Assembly (NCBI GenBank): GCA_013265495.1
Contig: MU058769.1
Coordinates: 830,477 to 894,476, forward strand
Source of the DNA: Vicugna vicugna
Taxonomy: Eukaryota
DNA: 64,000 bases
Reading direction: 5' to 3'
Part shown: positions 45,544-58,730 of the stretch, piece after piece
Layout of the letters: each line of letters starts with the position of its first letter
Position numbering within the stretch: position 1 is the stretch's first letter
Position numbers and translations under genes: made by a program
The notes under the pieces: model-generated
Databases searched by the model: none
What the model saw: only the letters and a program-made list of their open reading frames with translations
Told to the model about the DNA's origin: nothing

Positions 45544-48500
45544 CTAAGGGGCCCGCAGCTGCCCAAGGCTGGTGTAGACATCCTCTGCTCCGCTCAGCTC
45601 CTCAAAGATGGGGATCAGGTTCAGCAACTCAGTGTCCGCCATGTCATCAAACCAAGACTGCACGGGCACCTGGGGCAGGTGAAAGGCGGCCTGCGTCTCC
45701 TGGCGGCCAATCCTTCCCGCCCCTGCCCCGAGCCCCTGGCGGCCAGCTGCGCCCCCCGGGGCGGTGCGCTCCTCCATCAAGCCCACGGTTCCCCCACCCC
45801 CCACCCTCCTAGGGCAGGGGCTCTCCCACCCCCTGCAGGGTGGGCGTGTCTGCAACACTCACAGCATTCTCTGGGTGGAAGATGTAAGAAGCAGGTGAGT
45901 TGTCCAGAATGAGGGTTTTCCTCAGGTCCCTTCCTAGGCGGCTGAGGTCCTTGACGTAACACCCTTGGTGGAACACACAGGACTCACGGAACAGGCGGGC
46001 CCGGAATACCCCGCACCTGTCCAGCAGATCTGTCACAGGGTCGGCGTACTGGCAGAAGAGAAGATGCTTTTTGTTTGGGTGCAGCCCTGGTTTCCCCGTG
46101 GCATCCTGTGGACCAGCAAGGAGCTGCTGGACCGTGCATGGAGCTGCCACACCTGCTCCCGGTTCTTTACTCCCCTCCTGCCCCCAGGTACCTTGGCCAG
46201 GCTGGCAGTGAAGAGAACGCATTCAAAGAGTTCCCCCATTCGTCTCAGGAACTCATCCACGTAAGGCCTCTTGAGCACGTACACCTGAGGAAAAGCAGAG
46301 AGGCTTGCTCATCCCTGGGAGGGGGAAGCGCCACAGCTTTGGTCACTGTCACCACCAAGAGCAACAGGTGGTTTAACCTTACTCTGTCCAGACCCCCCAG
46401 CCCAGCCTCTGGGGCCACCTGGCTGGAAGCCTTCCGCCCAAGACTGGGGCGTGGGCGTCGCCTCCTCACCAGGCCTCTGCTGGCTCGGTGGCCCAACCCC
46501 GACCCAGCGCAGGAGGAAACGCAAACGCCTATGTCCCAGGAGCCATCTCTGCTTCAGGCGGCGGACCATCAGCTGCCTCCAGAAACAAGTAATCAAGAAT
46601 AGGCCTCACAGATGGACACAGCCTATCCTGGATTACTTGAATCCAGCCACAGCCTCTGTGGGAGTTTCCTGTCCTTGGCTCTGGCAGGACAGTCAGTCCA
46701 GGTCCCCATCAGGCAAAGTTGCAGATACTTCCCAAAACCTCACGTCCTCACAGAGCTTCTCTGAAATGCACCAAGGGAAGTGACTTTTTCCTCAGTGACC
46801 ACAGATCAGACACCCTGCAGTATCTTGCTCTGGTGACCCCCACCTATTCTGTGCTTGCTCCTGCCAGCAGCCACCCTTAACGCTCGAGTCCACCTTTCAT
46901 AATCTTGTACATTTTGGCCTAAAAGGTTCCCTGGCTGCCTGTCCCTCACAGGTCTGCTGTCTATCGCTTCCCTGCCTCCATCCACGTTTCCCTCTCTTCC
47001 AGCCTACACAACAGCCGCCAGAACCATCCCCGCAAAGTTCCTCTTCCCCCCCGCCACTCCTTGCCCGGAGAGCACGTGCCCGCCGTGACTCTCCCTCCTG
47101 GAGGTGGCCCGGACTGGCCCCGCCGGAACCCCCAGCTCTGCGGCAGGAACCCTCTGCTCCAGGTACCACAACTGGGCCTCCTTTCGCTTGCCATTTCTTC
47201 AACCTTCAACAAGTCCTTCCCTCTGCCTGGCTGTTCTCATCAAGCTTGGCACCCTCCCACCACTCACTGCTGAAAACCCACCTTCAGCAGGTAGACGGCC
47301 CCCCACCCCTATTTTAATCTCATCCCTTTTCCATCACTCACACCTCCCTTGTTAACAGGAGCTCACAGTGTGTATCTGCCTGGTTGAAGATATGCCTTTG
47401 TCTTTTCCCTGTGGGATTTGTACATCTCTACACCCTCACCTAGACTGTAAGGGCTGCTGGGCAGAGTCCGGCGCTGCGCATGGTGGAGCACCTGAGCTGG
47501 GAGGAGGGTGGAGGGATGCAAAAAAGCTTCTAATGGACACAGGACAGTGATGACCACCCATGGACACCTCAAACCCCATTTCCCTACAAGTAACCCTTCT
47601 ATTTGACCAGGCCGAGAAAATAAGCATTGGGGTTACCAGGGCATTGTTCCTGATGGTCCCTGACTCTCAGGCCAGCTGGCAGGCCTTCTGAGCAAGCATA
47701 AATGGTTTTTCACCACCAACACCACAGGGTCCTTAACCCTGGACCAAGCAGGTTATGCCTGTTCTTACTTAGATTCAAGTGCTCTCTGATAGATGTGAAC
47801 TGACCATTTACTAGGGCAAAATCCAGTGTAGGGACCCCAAGGCAGGGGAACTGGAGAAAGGTTTACAGAGAAGGAGATGTCTGAGCTTGAGAGGAACAAA
47901 TCCACCAGCTCGATGGCAGGGGTGAACAGGGGAGGAGAGGAGACCGCTAGCACCGGCCTCCTTGCCTGTAGCAGGCAGAGATACCGACTTTTTAGGATTA
48001 GAGAAAACGTAATACATCATGTAACAGTGCTGGCCACATACAGGGCAGGAGAGGTAACTGAACGATAACTATTGATATTTTTAAGTAATATTTAATTTTA
48101 AACAGCTTGGCTGCAAAGAGAAAGAAGGTGGCAGCTAGCGAGGGATAAGAGGCTGAATTTTTTAAGATGAGAATGCCTCCAGTGCGAAAAGTACCAATAA
48201 AAATGGAGAGGCTGAAGTTGCAGGAAATAATCAACCAATGGAACACACGCCCAAGGGGCAGAGGACCCCGGGCCACCGGGCTGGGCGCGTCGGCCAGGGG
48301 GCTCACCTGGTGCGTGGTCCCCTCGATCTCCACAGGCACTATGAAGTCAGCGTTGTTGATCGGCTGGAAGGCAGAGGAGTCAGTCAGCATGTGGGAAGGG
48401 ACAAGAAGCCTGGCCACACCCTAGTCCCTGTCACAGCCACTGCCCCGTCCCCTGGGAAAGGCAGGGAGGGACAGATCTCAGAGGCTCCAGGAAGCTCCTG

Positions 48501-51026
48501 CGCCTCACTAAGTGGTCCTCACCCCAGGACAGGGTGCGATACCCCTTGTGGTTTTTCCCTACTTCCCACACCCACAAATTCTACCTGAGCTGAGAGTTTC
48601 CAGGCCTTCCTGAGTTAACAAACATCCTGATAAAAGTGCAAGGTCCAAGGCTGACTTAACCTCTCTTTGAGGCCTGCCCTGCACAGAGCCTGGTGGCTCC
48701 TGTGCTGCGTGACAGGGTCAGCTGCAGCCTAATGGCAGAGACCAGAGAGAGTAGGGGCTCCCACTCAACACTGCCTGGTGGGGCCTCCAGGTATCTGTGA
48801 TGCCAGTGTGGCCAGATGCCAGGGTCTGGCTCTCCCCCTTCGGACCACTCTTCCATCAGCTTCAGGCTGCCTCACGGCACCTGGAGTCGGGCTCACAGTT
48901 CAGCCCAAGATGGGTGTAGGCAGTGTTCCAGATGTGGAGTTACCTTAAAGGAGCTGTGCACAAGGGTTTCATCCAAGTCAATGACCACACAGATTCTTCC
49001 TTGATCTTCCTCTGTCACCTCTGGAAGCAGACAGGTCCCTGGGATCTAAAACCAGAGCCAGGCTACTGAGATCTGCCACCAAGAAAGACTAATTATTTCC
49101 CTCAGCAGAACTCTGGGAAGAGCTGGGCTCACCAAGGAGATGGAAGACCCCCACTTCAGCCCAGGAGAGGGGCCACTCAAATGCCAAGAGTAGAGAGGGA
49201 AGAGACCGAGCCGGCCCCATGCTCCCGCCTCCCTCGGGGACTGTGAAGTGATCTGGAGATGGGGGATGGAAGCCGCGACTGTCCTGGGGTAGAGACCAGC
49301 TGTCCCCCCACAATCTAACGCCTTGCACGCAGCGGGCCCTCAGCAAGTATCTTGGACAAATAGCTTCCCAGGGCTGGGAGGCAGCCAAACAGGCACCGAG
49401 GAATGAGGGCATCACTAGCGGGGTTAGCAGGGACCACAGGATTTGGGGGCTTCTGAGCACATACCCTGTCAGATTCACATACCTGGTAAAACTGGTACTG
49501 GAGACACTGGAGCAGATCCGACTGTGGGAGAGAAGGGGGGTCAGCACCGGCCCTCCAGCACCTTCCCCGTCCATCTAAAGCCCACTGCGTTGGCCTCAGG
49601 TCTGGAGGGGAATTTTCTCCCCAAAACCCCAGCCCCTGGGAAGGTCCTGACATGACAAAAGTGACTTTCCTTAAGAGCTGGGTATGAAAGGGGAAAGACC
49701 AGAGCCTCTTTTCCACACGAGGCCTGATGGAGGATGGAGAAGGCAGTGCCCCTGTTCTCAGCTGCCACCGCCTAGTTCCTCTGAGGAACAGGGAACTTGG
49801 GCAGCTGATGCAGGCGCCGGAGGGAGAGGCAGAGTCAAAATCACAACTCTTCATCTCAGGGGTGTAGCCTCTTGCTTAGTCCTCAGGCTTCTCTTTGAGA
49901 ACGTGTGTTTTCTATGTCCTACTTTGGGGGGTCTTCTGGGGGAAGGGTGGGTGTGGGGCCCCTACAAAACCTAAGTAAGCCAACCCGAACCCACACTGCG
50001 GGTCCCGGAGTCTGAGGGGAGGTGGAGTGCAGAGAAAGGCTTTTCTCGTCTTTTGCTAATAATAAAAATGTTATGGTTGTAAAAAGTAGTAAGTGATCTT
50101 AATGGAAACCCTGAAGAAAAATTAAACTCTTGGCACTTAGAAAAACTTAATGCTGGCATTTTACTGCCTTTCCTTCAGGCTTATTCTGGTAGTCTTTTTT
50201 TCCTCGTGATATATAATTTTGCATTCTGCTTTTTGACTCAATGTTACAATTCAATACTTTTCCACATTACTGTGAACTCTGTAAAATTACTCGTTTAGTA
50301 GTACTGTACTGTTGTACTTTGTTTAACCATTTTTCCCTACTGAATAAGGAAGTGACTTTCATCAATGTATATGTCTTTAGCTTGGTTTTGAAACAGAGAA
50401 AGGACAGCTAGACCTCAGTGTTTTGGAAAGAAGTACCAATGGCACTGGGGGCAGAATGATTTCTGTCCCCACCTTTGAAATGCCAGACATATCTTCTGGC
50501 CTTTATGAGAATCAAAAATACCCACACATTTTCAAATGTCCCTCACAGGTACAGGTGAGACTGCTGGAAAGGGTTATCGAGTGTGACGGAATTTCAACTC
50601 CTTGGTTCCCTGAAAGTTGAGTAACTTGGAAGGTATCTTTGCGTAGTGAAAAAACAAGTCACAGGACTTATAGCCAGAGAGATCTGAGTTCAAACCCTGA
50701 CACTCATTTATTACCCATTAGCCCTTCAGAGGCTGCATAAACCCTCTGAGTCCGTTTCCAGGTCTGTGAGCAGGAATCCTCTGACTCTCCCTGCAGGGCT
50801 GCTGTGGGTCTCAGGAGATAATATACAAAAGTGCCTGCACCATTCCTGGAAGCTGGAAGGATCTGGACTGCAGGGACCCGCAGAAACCACAGGGACATCC
50901 GATGGCCCACACCACAAGTGCGAATCAACAGGAAGAGGATGGACCACTACGGGAAGGAAAAAGGGCCTCCTCTGGGCCAAAGATCTGACTCAGGCAAGGC
51001 TGCCTTGCCCACTTTCCTTGGCAGGG

Positions 51027-51069
<43 letters not shown>

Positions 51070-51239
51070 ACACCACTGTGATCCAGCTACCTTAGCAATG
51101 GTGTTGGCTTCCTCCTTGTATGTGGCAAGCTCAGTGGAGGAGCTTGACTGGCCAACATGCTGGGCACGAAAACAGCAGAAAAGGGCCTTGAAGATGTTAC
51201 GTCCACGAGGTTTCTTAGGAGAAGACCTGGAGACCAGGC
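45544..51239 (-). CDS. CTDSP2: CTD small phosphatase 2, exons 2-8 (exon 1 beyond window): 51239-51091, 49521-49483, 49045-48944, 48363-48307, 46284-46192, 46048-45863, 45669-45544
   Basis: [37 protein letters not shown], catalytic DLDETLVHS (DxDxT), [52 protein letters not shown]...LRAP stop; GT-AG introns; hosts mir-26a-2. Confidence 0.97.
46571..46654 (-). ncRNA. MIR26A2: microRNA precursor mir-26a-2 in CTDSP2 intron 5; 5p 46641-46620, 3p 46603-46582
   Basis: Minus strand GGCTGTGGCTGGA-TTCAAGTAATCCAGGATAGGCT-GTGTCCATCTGTGAGG-CCTATTCTTGATTACTTGTTTC-TGGAGGCAGCT; exact miR-26a-5p, complementary arms, expected host gene. Confidence 0.97.
51028..51069 (+). repeat. C42 homopolymer (G42 on the CTDSP2 sense strand)
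   Basis: Read directly; length may be an assembly artefact. Confidence 0.8.
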
Positions 51240-53974
51240 CTAGAGTGGAGGGAAAGACAGAGGCATAAGCCACAGGGTACTGGTCCCATGTACCCCCATA
51301 CCATATCCCCTCTGGTCTGTCAGCTCTGCCGGGGCACGTGGCACGTGCTTGGCAAACCACTAAATATAGTCAAGAGTGAAATGTACATGTTTATTCCAAC
51401 AGCTTCTCTGTAAAGCAGAAACAGCAGGAACCCCCAGTCCCTGGCTTGGGAAACAAGCCTCAGGGAATTTGCTCTGCATTCCATGGCAGGGAAGGGCACT
51501 GAAATATGGGGAGAGGTATAGAATCCACTCTGGTAAGCAGCGCACTGAGGGAACCCTCAAAATCAATTCACAGAAACAAAAATCCTCCCCAACTCCAGTT
51601 CCCAGAAGACTACCCGTCCTGGAGAAGGGAGTAAGCAACACCCCTCATGTTAGGGCGGTCCTCATCTGCAACAGCTTCCTTCGACTCCAGGTCAGTGGCA
51701 GCACTGGGCCCAGACTACAACAGACTATGAAACAGAACAGCTGTGGCCCCAACAAGAAGCGACAAGCCTGGTCCACACCCTTGTCTCCTTTCCACAGTCC
51801 AGCTACTTTCCTTAACACTCCCTCCCCTCGAAGACCACAGGCAGGTTACCCTCTTGGGACACACACATCCAGCGCTGGGTTCTAGGCTGATGTCCCTGCT
51901 TCTAGGCTACAGCTGCTAAGTCCTGCCTTGACAATTCGGGCTTTGGAGATACAAAGCCATTGCAACGGGAGGCTCAGCAAGGCAGCCCCTGAAAGGTCAA
52001 GCTGATACAAAAAGCTATGGGCATTACAGGATCAACCAGAAATGGACTTTGGAATAACTTTTCCAAGTTCCTTTTATTTCAGATGAGATGTTCTGGCATC
52101 TGTTGAGCAAGACTAGGAAGACAGGATGGGTACCGCAGCCAGGAGGTGGCGCTGCACAACCGCCGCCAGATGGTCCTCATTCTGCCCCGGCTAGGGCGGG
52201 CACAGGGCCTAAGGATGAAATCCGCCCGCTCAACTTAGAGCACAGGGCGAACTACTGTGCGGGAAAATCTGCACCGGAAGTGCTTCTGTCTTTGCGGGGC
52301 GGAGTAAGACAAACAAAGTACCGCGGAGGACAACCTTCCCTGTGTCGCTGGGTTTGAGAAGGGAAGAGGGAGGCAACGCGGTGGGCCCTCAGGAGCAGGG
52401 CTGAGCTCCCTCGGCTCAGTCCTCAGAGCATGCGCTGCATCTGCGCTTGGAGGCAGCCCCCGTGGAAGAGGTGATGGGAGGGCCGTTTAACACCCAGCTG
52501 CTGGCTGCCTGAGCCCCTGGAGAGGAGAGAAAACCAAACTGGATTCCCCTTGGCTGAGGGTGAGGGAAATGGCCAGTGACCATCCGTCAAGTGGCAGTCA
52601 GCACGGCCCCAGGACAACCGACTCAGCTCTGACTCCAGGTGCAGGCCAGGCACCCCGGGCCGGTTCGGTCCAGAGCTCTCTCCCCCTACTCCTAGGGTCA
52701 GGCCAGATTCCTCGACACTGGTATGACCGTCAGAAATCTTTTAGAAAATGATCAGGCTTCTCCAGGAATTAACCTAAAAACCTAGATACCACTCTGGAGC
52801 TCTTGGCCCTGGTGGTAGAACCAAGATTTCCAGGGACTGGGGAGTTTGTCCTGAAGGAGGAAGTTGCATTGTAGACCCTGCCCCAGGCCTCCGCATCAAG
52901 GAGACAAATTTGAGAGCAGAGCCCCACACTTAGAGACAGCAAGATGAGCGGTTCCTTGGACTTTTTCCTACTCTGAATAATCTATGCGGAAATTGGAGGG
53001 AAAGGACAGCTTCTCCACCTGCCTGTATGGCCCATATTCAATTCCAAGCTCAGGGACTTAAGCAGAAGCTGACACAAAGCTCCAAGACCAAAGCTGAACC
53101 ATCGCCTTTCCTTTGGTTTATGGTTTCTTCACGCAGAACCACAATCAGAGGCTTAACCCAGGCACCAAGCCTTTCTTAAAAGGCCACACAGCCCAAGCCT
53201 TTCCTGAAGAGAGGCCATCAAGACGCACTCAGCATCTTAGTGACAGACGCTGTGAAGGCTGAGTAATCCTGAGAGGCAGGGGGGTTAAGGGGCAGCTGCC
53301 TGGGGCCACGGAGAGGCCCCGCCAGTGCCCACCGCGGGAGGCCCCACTTCAGCCGCAGACGGGGCGCTCGGTGGGGAGGGGGCGCGGGCTCCTCAGCGTG
53401 CTTTGGACTCTGCAGGGGAGGAGGGTCTTCTCAAAAACACAATGTGACCAGGCAGCCCCTGGGCCTCAGAGACCAAGAATGCCTTAACCTCGGGGGCAGG
53501 CGCTGGGGAGGGCGCTCCAGAGCCGCAACGGCAGGGTCGGTACCCGACGTCCCTCACTGACCCTGCCGATGGAGCCTGCTGCCCTCAGCCCTTCTCTGGG
53601 CTGCCCGTCCTCCTTACCTTTTACAAACACTGCCACTGAGAACCCATCAGGGCCTCTCTGGCCTCCCCCCCAACACGGCGCCCTCCTGACAGAGCCTGCA
53701 GCGGCCTCAGCCGGGGACATTCATCGGCTTCTGGTCTTCTGAGCAGCAGGTGCTTGGTAACTGTCACTTCCACAGAGCGGGGGCCTATGGAAGCCTTCAT
53801 AGATTTGCAACTGCCTAGAAGGGTTAGAAAGGGCTCCTCTCTGTGATGAGAGGGAGGTGGGCTCTGAGGAGTGGAGCACCTGAGGCAAGGCCACTTGGTC
53901 TTTCTGGGCCTTGGGCTTGTTAACTGAGCACTGATAATGGGCCAAGCCTGTGTTAAAATACCTGACATCATTAC

Positions 53975-54140
53975 TTCGTTTAATCCTCACTACAAACCCA
54001 TGTGCAGGCACCAACCCCCCATTTTACAGATGGGAAACTGAAGCACAGAAGGGTAAGTAACCTGCTCGAGGCTACACGGGTAGCAGGACAGCAGAGCCAG
54101 GATTTGAGCCCAGATCTCCCTGAACCCAGAGCCAGGGCCC
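53975..54140 (-). mobile_element. MIR
   Basis: ttaatcctcactacaaaccc...cccattttacagatgggaaactgaagcacagaagggtaagtaacctgctcgagg...gagccaggatttgagccc. Confidence 0.8.
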
Positions 54141-57100
54141 TTCACAAGTACAGCTCAGGCACCGGGTACCTTTACTCCTGCAACAACTGGGAGATGGCGG
54201 GGCCTCTCAAGTTCCCTCAGAGCATTTCCTCTCTAGGCTGGGCTGGTGAAGAATCAGCTCGGGTCCAGCCCCCATTCTGTGCTGCCCTCTCGGGCAGTCC
54301 AGAAAGGTGCGAGGGTAGAACAGTACAAGGCGACGGGACTGCACTCGGGGCTGGCTCCCCACCCCCCCAGCCCTGCCCCGCACCTGCTCTGGCCAGCACA
54401 CACCTCTGGGAGACCAAGAGGACAATGGAGGAGGGGAGGGGGAGGAGCTGAAGCCCGGAGCCTCGGTTCAAGATCCACTTTGTAGAGTGGGTTTAAGGGT
54501 GAGGGGAAACACACAGCAGAGTGGGATGGGATCTGAGACTTGTGTCAAAGCCTTTCAAAAGACTCCTTTCAGCCAGCGCTCGGCATTGTGTCCCTGACAG
54601 CCAGGTGCAGGTCACCCCCCACCCCTCTGAGTGTGATGGGAAGGGGCACCGGCCCTGCCTCCCCAGGAGAGGAACACCGGCACAAGAGGATTTGCAGGCG
54701 GGTGAGGATTTCACTGCACAGTTCCCAAGTGAGGGAGGGCAGGATTCCAGTGGGTGCCATGCAGCCCCAGAGTCAACTGCTCTTCCTCCTCTATCATCCT
54801 CCTGCTGCCTGCTTTGTGGACACTCAGCCCTCCTCTCCTGCTCAGCAGCTGATGTGCATCTGCTCTTCCTGCTCCAAACATCTGGTTTGGGGCTGGATGT
54901 CAGAGAGGAGCAGCGCACACCTAATAAGGGGTGCTCTGGCTTAAGGAGAAAGTGCACTGGGAGCCGAGAACAGGGGAGCCAGGCCACCCCTCTAGCTCAC
55001 TGCCTTGAGGCTTCCTCCCGAGGCAGGGTGTGCAGAGAAGGGGGCCTGTGGGAGGCATCGCCCCTCCCCCACTCCACGGGTCACCTGGGCCGAGGTCCAG
55101 GCCCTGACAGTTACTGACTCGGCACACAGCCTCTTAGAGCCTTAGTTTCCTCATCCATTAATTGGGAATACCAGCAAGACCGCTCGCTCTCCTAACTCAG
55201 AGGGTAAACAAAACTTACTGTTGCACACTAACGTGCTGGGCAGACTAAAGCCAAATGCTGTGCTGGCTTTAATGAACTATCTAAGGGGAGATGACCACTG
55301 CCTGGCAACCCTGTGGGCCTCGTTCCAGGAAGCAAGGAGCAGGAGATCAGGGGCCCTCCTGTACCCAGCATGTAGTTGAAGCTCAAACACAGAAGATGAG
55401 AAAGGTGCCTGGGACTCTGATCATGAGCAGGTTTCAAAAAGTCAAAACCACCCCTATACCCTCTCCCAAATTTACTACAAAAGTTGTTTTCCTGTTGCAA
55501 ACTCCCCAGCTGGTATTCTGCAAATACCAGGGAAGCAAATGAGGCCATTCCATTTGCGATAAACAGTGCCCTCTCCCCTTGCCCCGCCACCCCCCACCAA
55601 GAAGCACCAGTGGGGACACCGTTTGCCTCTGCCCCTTAAGAAGCTTGTGCACGCACATGAATGTGTGTACACATGCACATATGTGCGCGAGCGCGCGCAC
55701 ACACACACACATACAGATGAAGACTGGCTTTGCCAGGACAACACTATTTTTAACCTTCTTCTGAAGGTCAGGTTCAGATATCACTGTTGCCAAGAACACA
55801 GCTTCGTGTCCCAGCAAAGGAACTCCACACATCCGCCTGGGATTCAGCAGAAGGTAAGCTCTATGGCTGTCGGGTTTCAACAAGCCCATTCACGTAGAAG
55901 GATGCTTTCTTGGTTCAGCCCTCAGAAGTACTTCCTTCTCCACCATCTCCCATCCCCCACAGCAAAGGCTTTAGTCTGGCTATCACTATAAAATGGCCTC
56001 TCGGAGGGGCCGCCCTCCCCTTAGCTATTGGAGGAAGGAGAGTATTTGGAGCATTTCCGGCCTTTCTTGGCCAGCTGCCTGGGCCTTGCAGCCAAGACGC
56101 ATCTGATTGGGGCTCCCCATGGAGAGGAGTCCTCCCAGGTCCTCAGCAAGGGGCATCCGTGCCTTGGCTAAGGACAGGCCCTAAAGTGCCAGGTGGACGG
56201 AAGGGCTCTTGGACCAGCAGGTGAGTCGGCAGGGGAACAAGAAGGTGAGAGATGCCTAGACATCTCCCACGCCGAAAAGACTGGAAACAATAGGGAGGGT
56301 GCACTGGCTGCCACAGTGCTTAACTGCTGACACTGCTCTTTAGGTGACAAGGCAGGCGGGGCCTTACCACGCTCACCACCAGTTCCTAAAGTCCCAAAGA
56401 GCAGCTGTGAAGCTGACAGCATGGACTTCTAAAAAGTCATTTTAGCCCTGCTGTTTGGCTCACACCAGCATGTTCTACACTAGTGCCCTCATCGCGGCCA
56501 GGTCGTCCTACCTACGCAGCCACCTCCATTAGTCCCCCTTCCCGGGCAGAAGGGCTCCCTGCCTCTCTCTTCTAAGAAAGGAGGACTTCCTTCAGTTCTG
56601 GGTCCTTAATGCCACCTGGGGGGTGGGAGCAGGGAACCCAGGCCACTCACTACCCTACCTGCCTTTTCCAGGCCCTCTTCAGCAATCTTGCCACTGATCT
56701 CAACATAGGACCTCAACTTTAAGGACCTTCCCTCAAGAAGGACTCAGTTTTGGGAGCAGAGGATTCGTGGCAACTTCTAAAACACGACCTGTCGATTTCA
56801 GAATCAGCCTTTTGGCGGACACCCTCCTGCGCAGCTCTAACGTGCCTTAGAAGCATGCTGGGGTAGGGGTGGGGTCCCCAGAAAAAGCAGCAGGTACTGG
56901 ACTAGCGGCAGGCTCAGCCCCTAGCCCGATGCCAGAATGTTCCTGGTGGATGTCAGGAAGCGATCTGATGCCCTATAGCAGCAGCAGGGACGGATCCGAG
57001 GTGCCATCCAGGGAAACCCAAAGGACTGGACCCTGCCCGTTTTATTTTATGTAGCTCCCGCTAGGGCAGAGATGTCATCCTGGGGAACTGGAAGACAAAC

Positions 57101-58549
57101 TTGCTCACCTTGAGCCTCTGTCCCCTCAAGAAGGTGCTGAGAAGACCCCTGTGGGAGGCTGGGAGCTAAAAGAAACCTGCCAGCAGGACACAACACCCTC
57201 TTAGTGGCTGCTTCAGCCCCTGTCTTGGCTTTCTGCCCAATTTCTGGAATGCCTGGATTTGGTGAAAGATCTGAAGAATCCAGTGCCTCTTTCCCCTCCA
57301 GCTATGCAGCCTGCTTTAGGTGACATATGTGTGAGAGTGAGATGGAGCAAGAGGAACAAAGGCACAGAACAAAGCAAGGGACCCTCAACTGTCTCTCCCC
57401 TGACCACTGAACAGTGGTCACACAGGTGCCATGGACTTGGGTTTAAACTCTGAATCAGCCACATATAAGGAGTGTAGCCTCGGGCCTTAGTGTCACCACC
57501 TGTAAAATGGGAAGACTAACATTACCTGTTTCAAAGAGCTGTGAGAATTATAAGGTGCTCAGGGTGTGTCCTGGCCCTAGCAAATGCTCAGTAAGTCTCA
57601 GCTGCTAGTCATTCAGTACAAAGCACTTTCCTACCCTTATCTCAGTCTCAATCTCAAAATGTTCACATTGAAACAGACCATAGAAATTCCTTCTCATCCC
57701 AGAGGTCACACAGAAGTAGTGGGAGGGCCAACCCAGGGAAATGGCCGTTTCCGGGATTCCACAAAAAGCAATCACAGTCTCTCTTTCACACATACACAGC
57801 CTCTCCTTCTCTCATTGAGGTTGGCCAACCAGTTCCTTCCTTCCTTCCTCTCGTGGCTGGCCTCTGCAGAAGGACTGGAGTCTGCCCAGTAGTCTGTCCT
57901 GCCTGCAGAGTCTCTCACCAGCTTGGCCCACATCCCAGCTGCACCTGGGACCAGCCAGCCAGTACAGGTGTGTCCACTGAGAGAGCACTGGACTGAGCGT
58001 CAGGAAGCCTGGCTCTGGCCCCACTTCAGCCTCTCAAACAGCCCTGTGTTCTTGCCGAAGGCACCACCAGTCTGGGTTCAGTTTCCCTACAGGCCAAATG
58101 GGAAAGGTCTACACTGCAGGGTGTCTCACAAGGTGATTTCAGATCACCTGAAGCCTGAACAGGACTTTTAAAAAGTGGAATGCACAATGCAAATGAGGCA
58201 GTTCAGGTCAGGGTTAGGGGGCCCCTGAGCCAGGCCTGGCTGACAGGAACCAGCCACGTTCCACTGATAAGGTGCTTGGGGTTTCCTTACCTGTCAGGTG
58301 GGGATCACTCCTATCTCACAAGGTCACTGTGAGGCTTAAGTGAGATACTAGGCACGAAGCGTGCGGGCAGTGCCCTCCCCACGGTAAGTGCTCTACAATA
58401 CCGTCTGTGGTCATGACTGGGAAGCGGGGATCATTACTCTGTCCGTTCACGTTCAGCAAACTTTTGGACTCCCCTTTAGGAACCACAGGATCTTTAACAA
58501 ACAGCAAAACTGGATCCCTCCAGGGACTCCTCCTGCTCAGGGCTAAACA

Positions 58550-58730
58550 GGCAGTTGGGGCCACCTGGCTCTTCTCCAGGGACACCTGTCAGAATCACAG
58601 GGAGCATTTGGAACACACGTATGCCTGGCCCACCTGCTCATGCTCTGATTCAGTAGGACCCAGGTGGGGTCTGTATTTTTAGAAAGTGTCACAGGAGATT
58701 CTGATGTGTGTCCCTGGCTGAAAGCCAATG
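58550..58730. mobile_element. MER5-like hAT DNA transposon remnant
   Basis: tcagaatcacagggagc...ctctgattcagtagg...ctgtatttttagaaag...gagattctgatgtg resembles MER5A. Confidence 0.55.

Noticed and set aside
50766..51360. Poly-Pro and poly-Gly ORFs
   Set aside because: Produced by translating the intronic C42 run; only 51239-51091 is coding.
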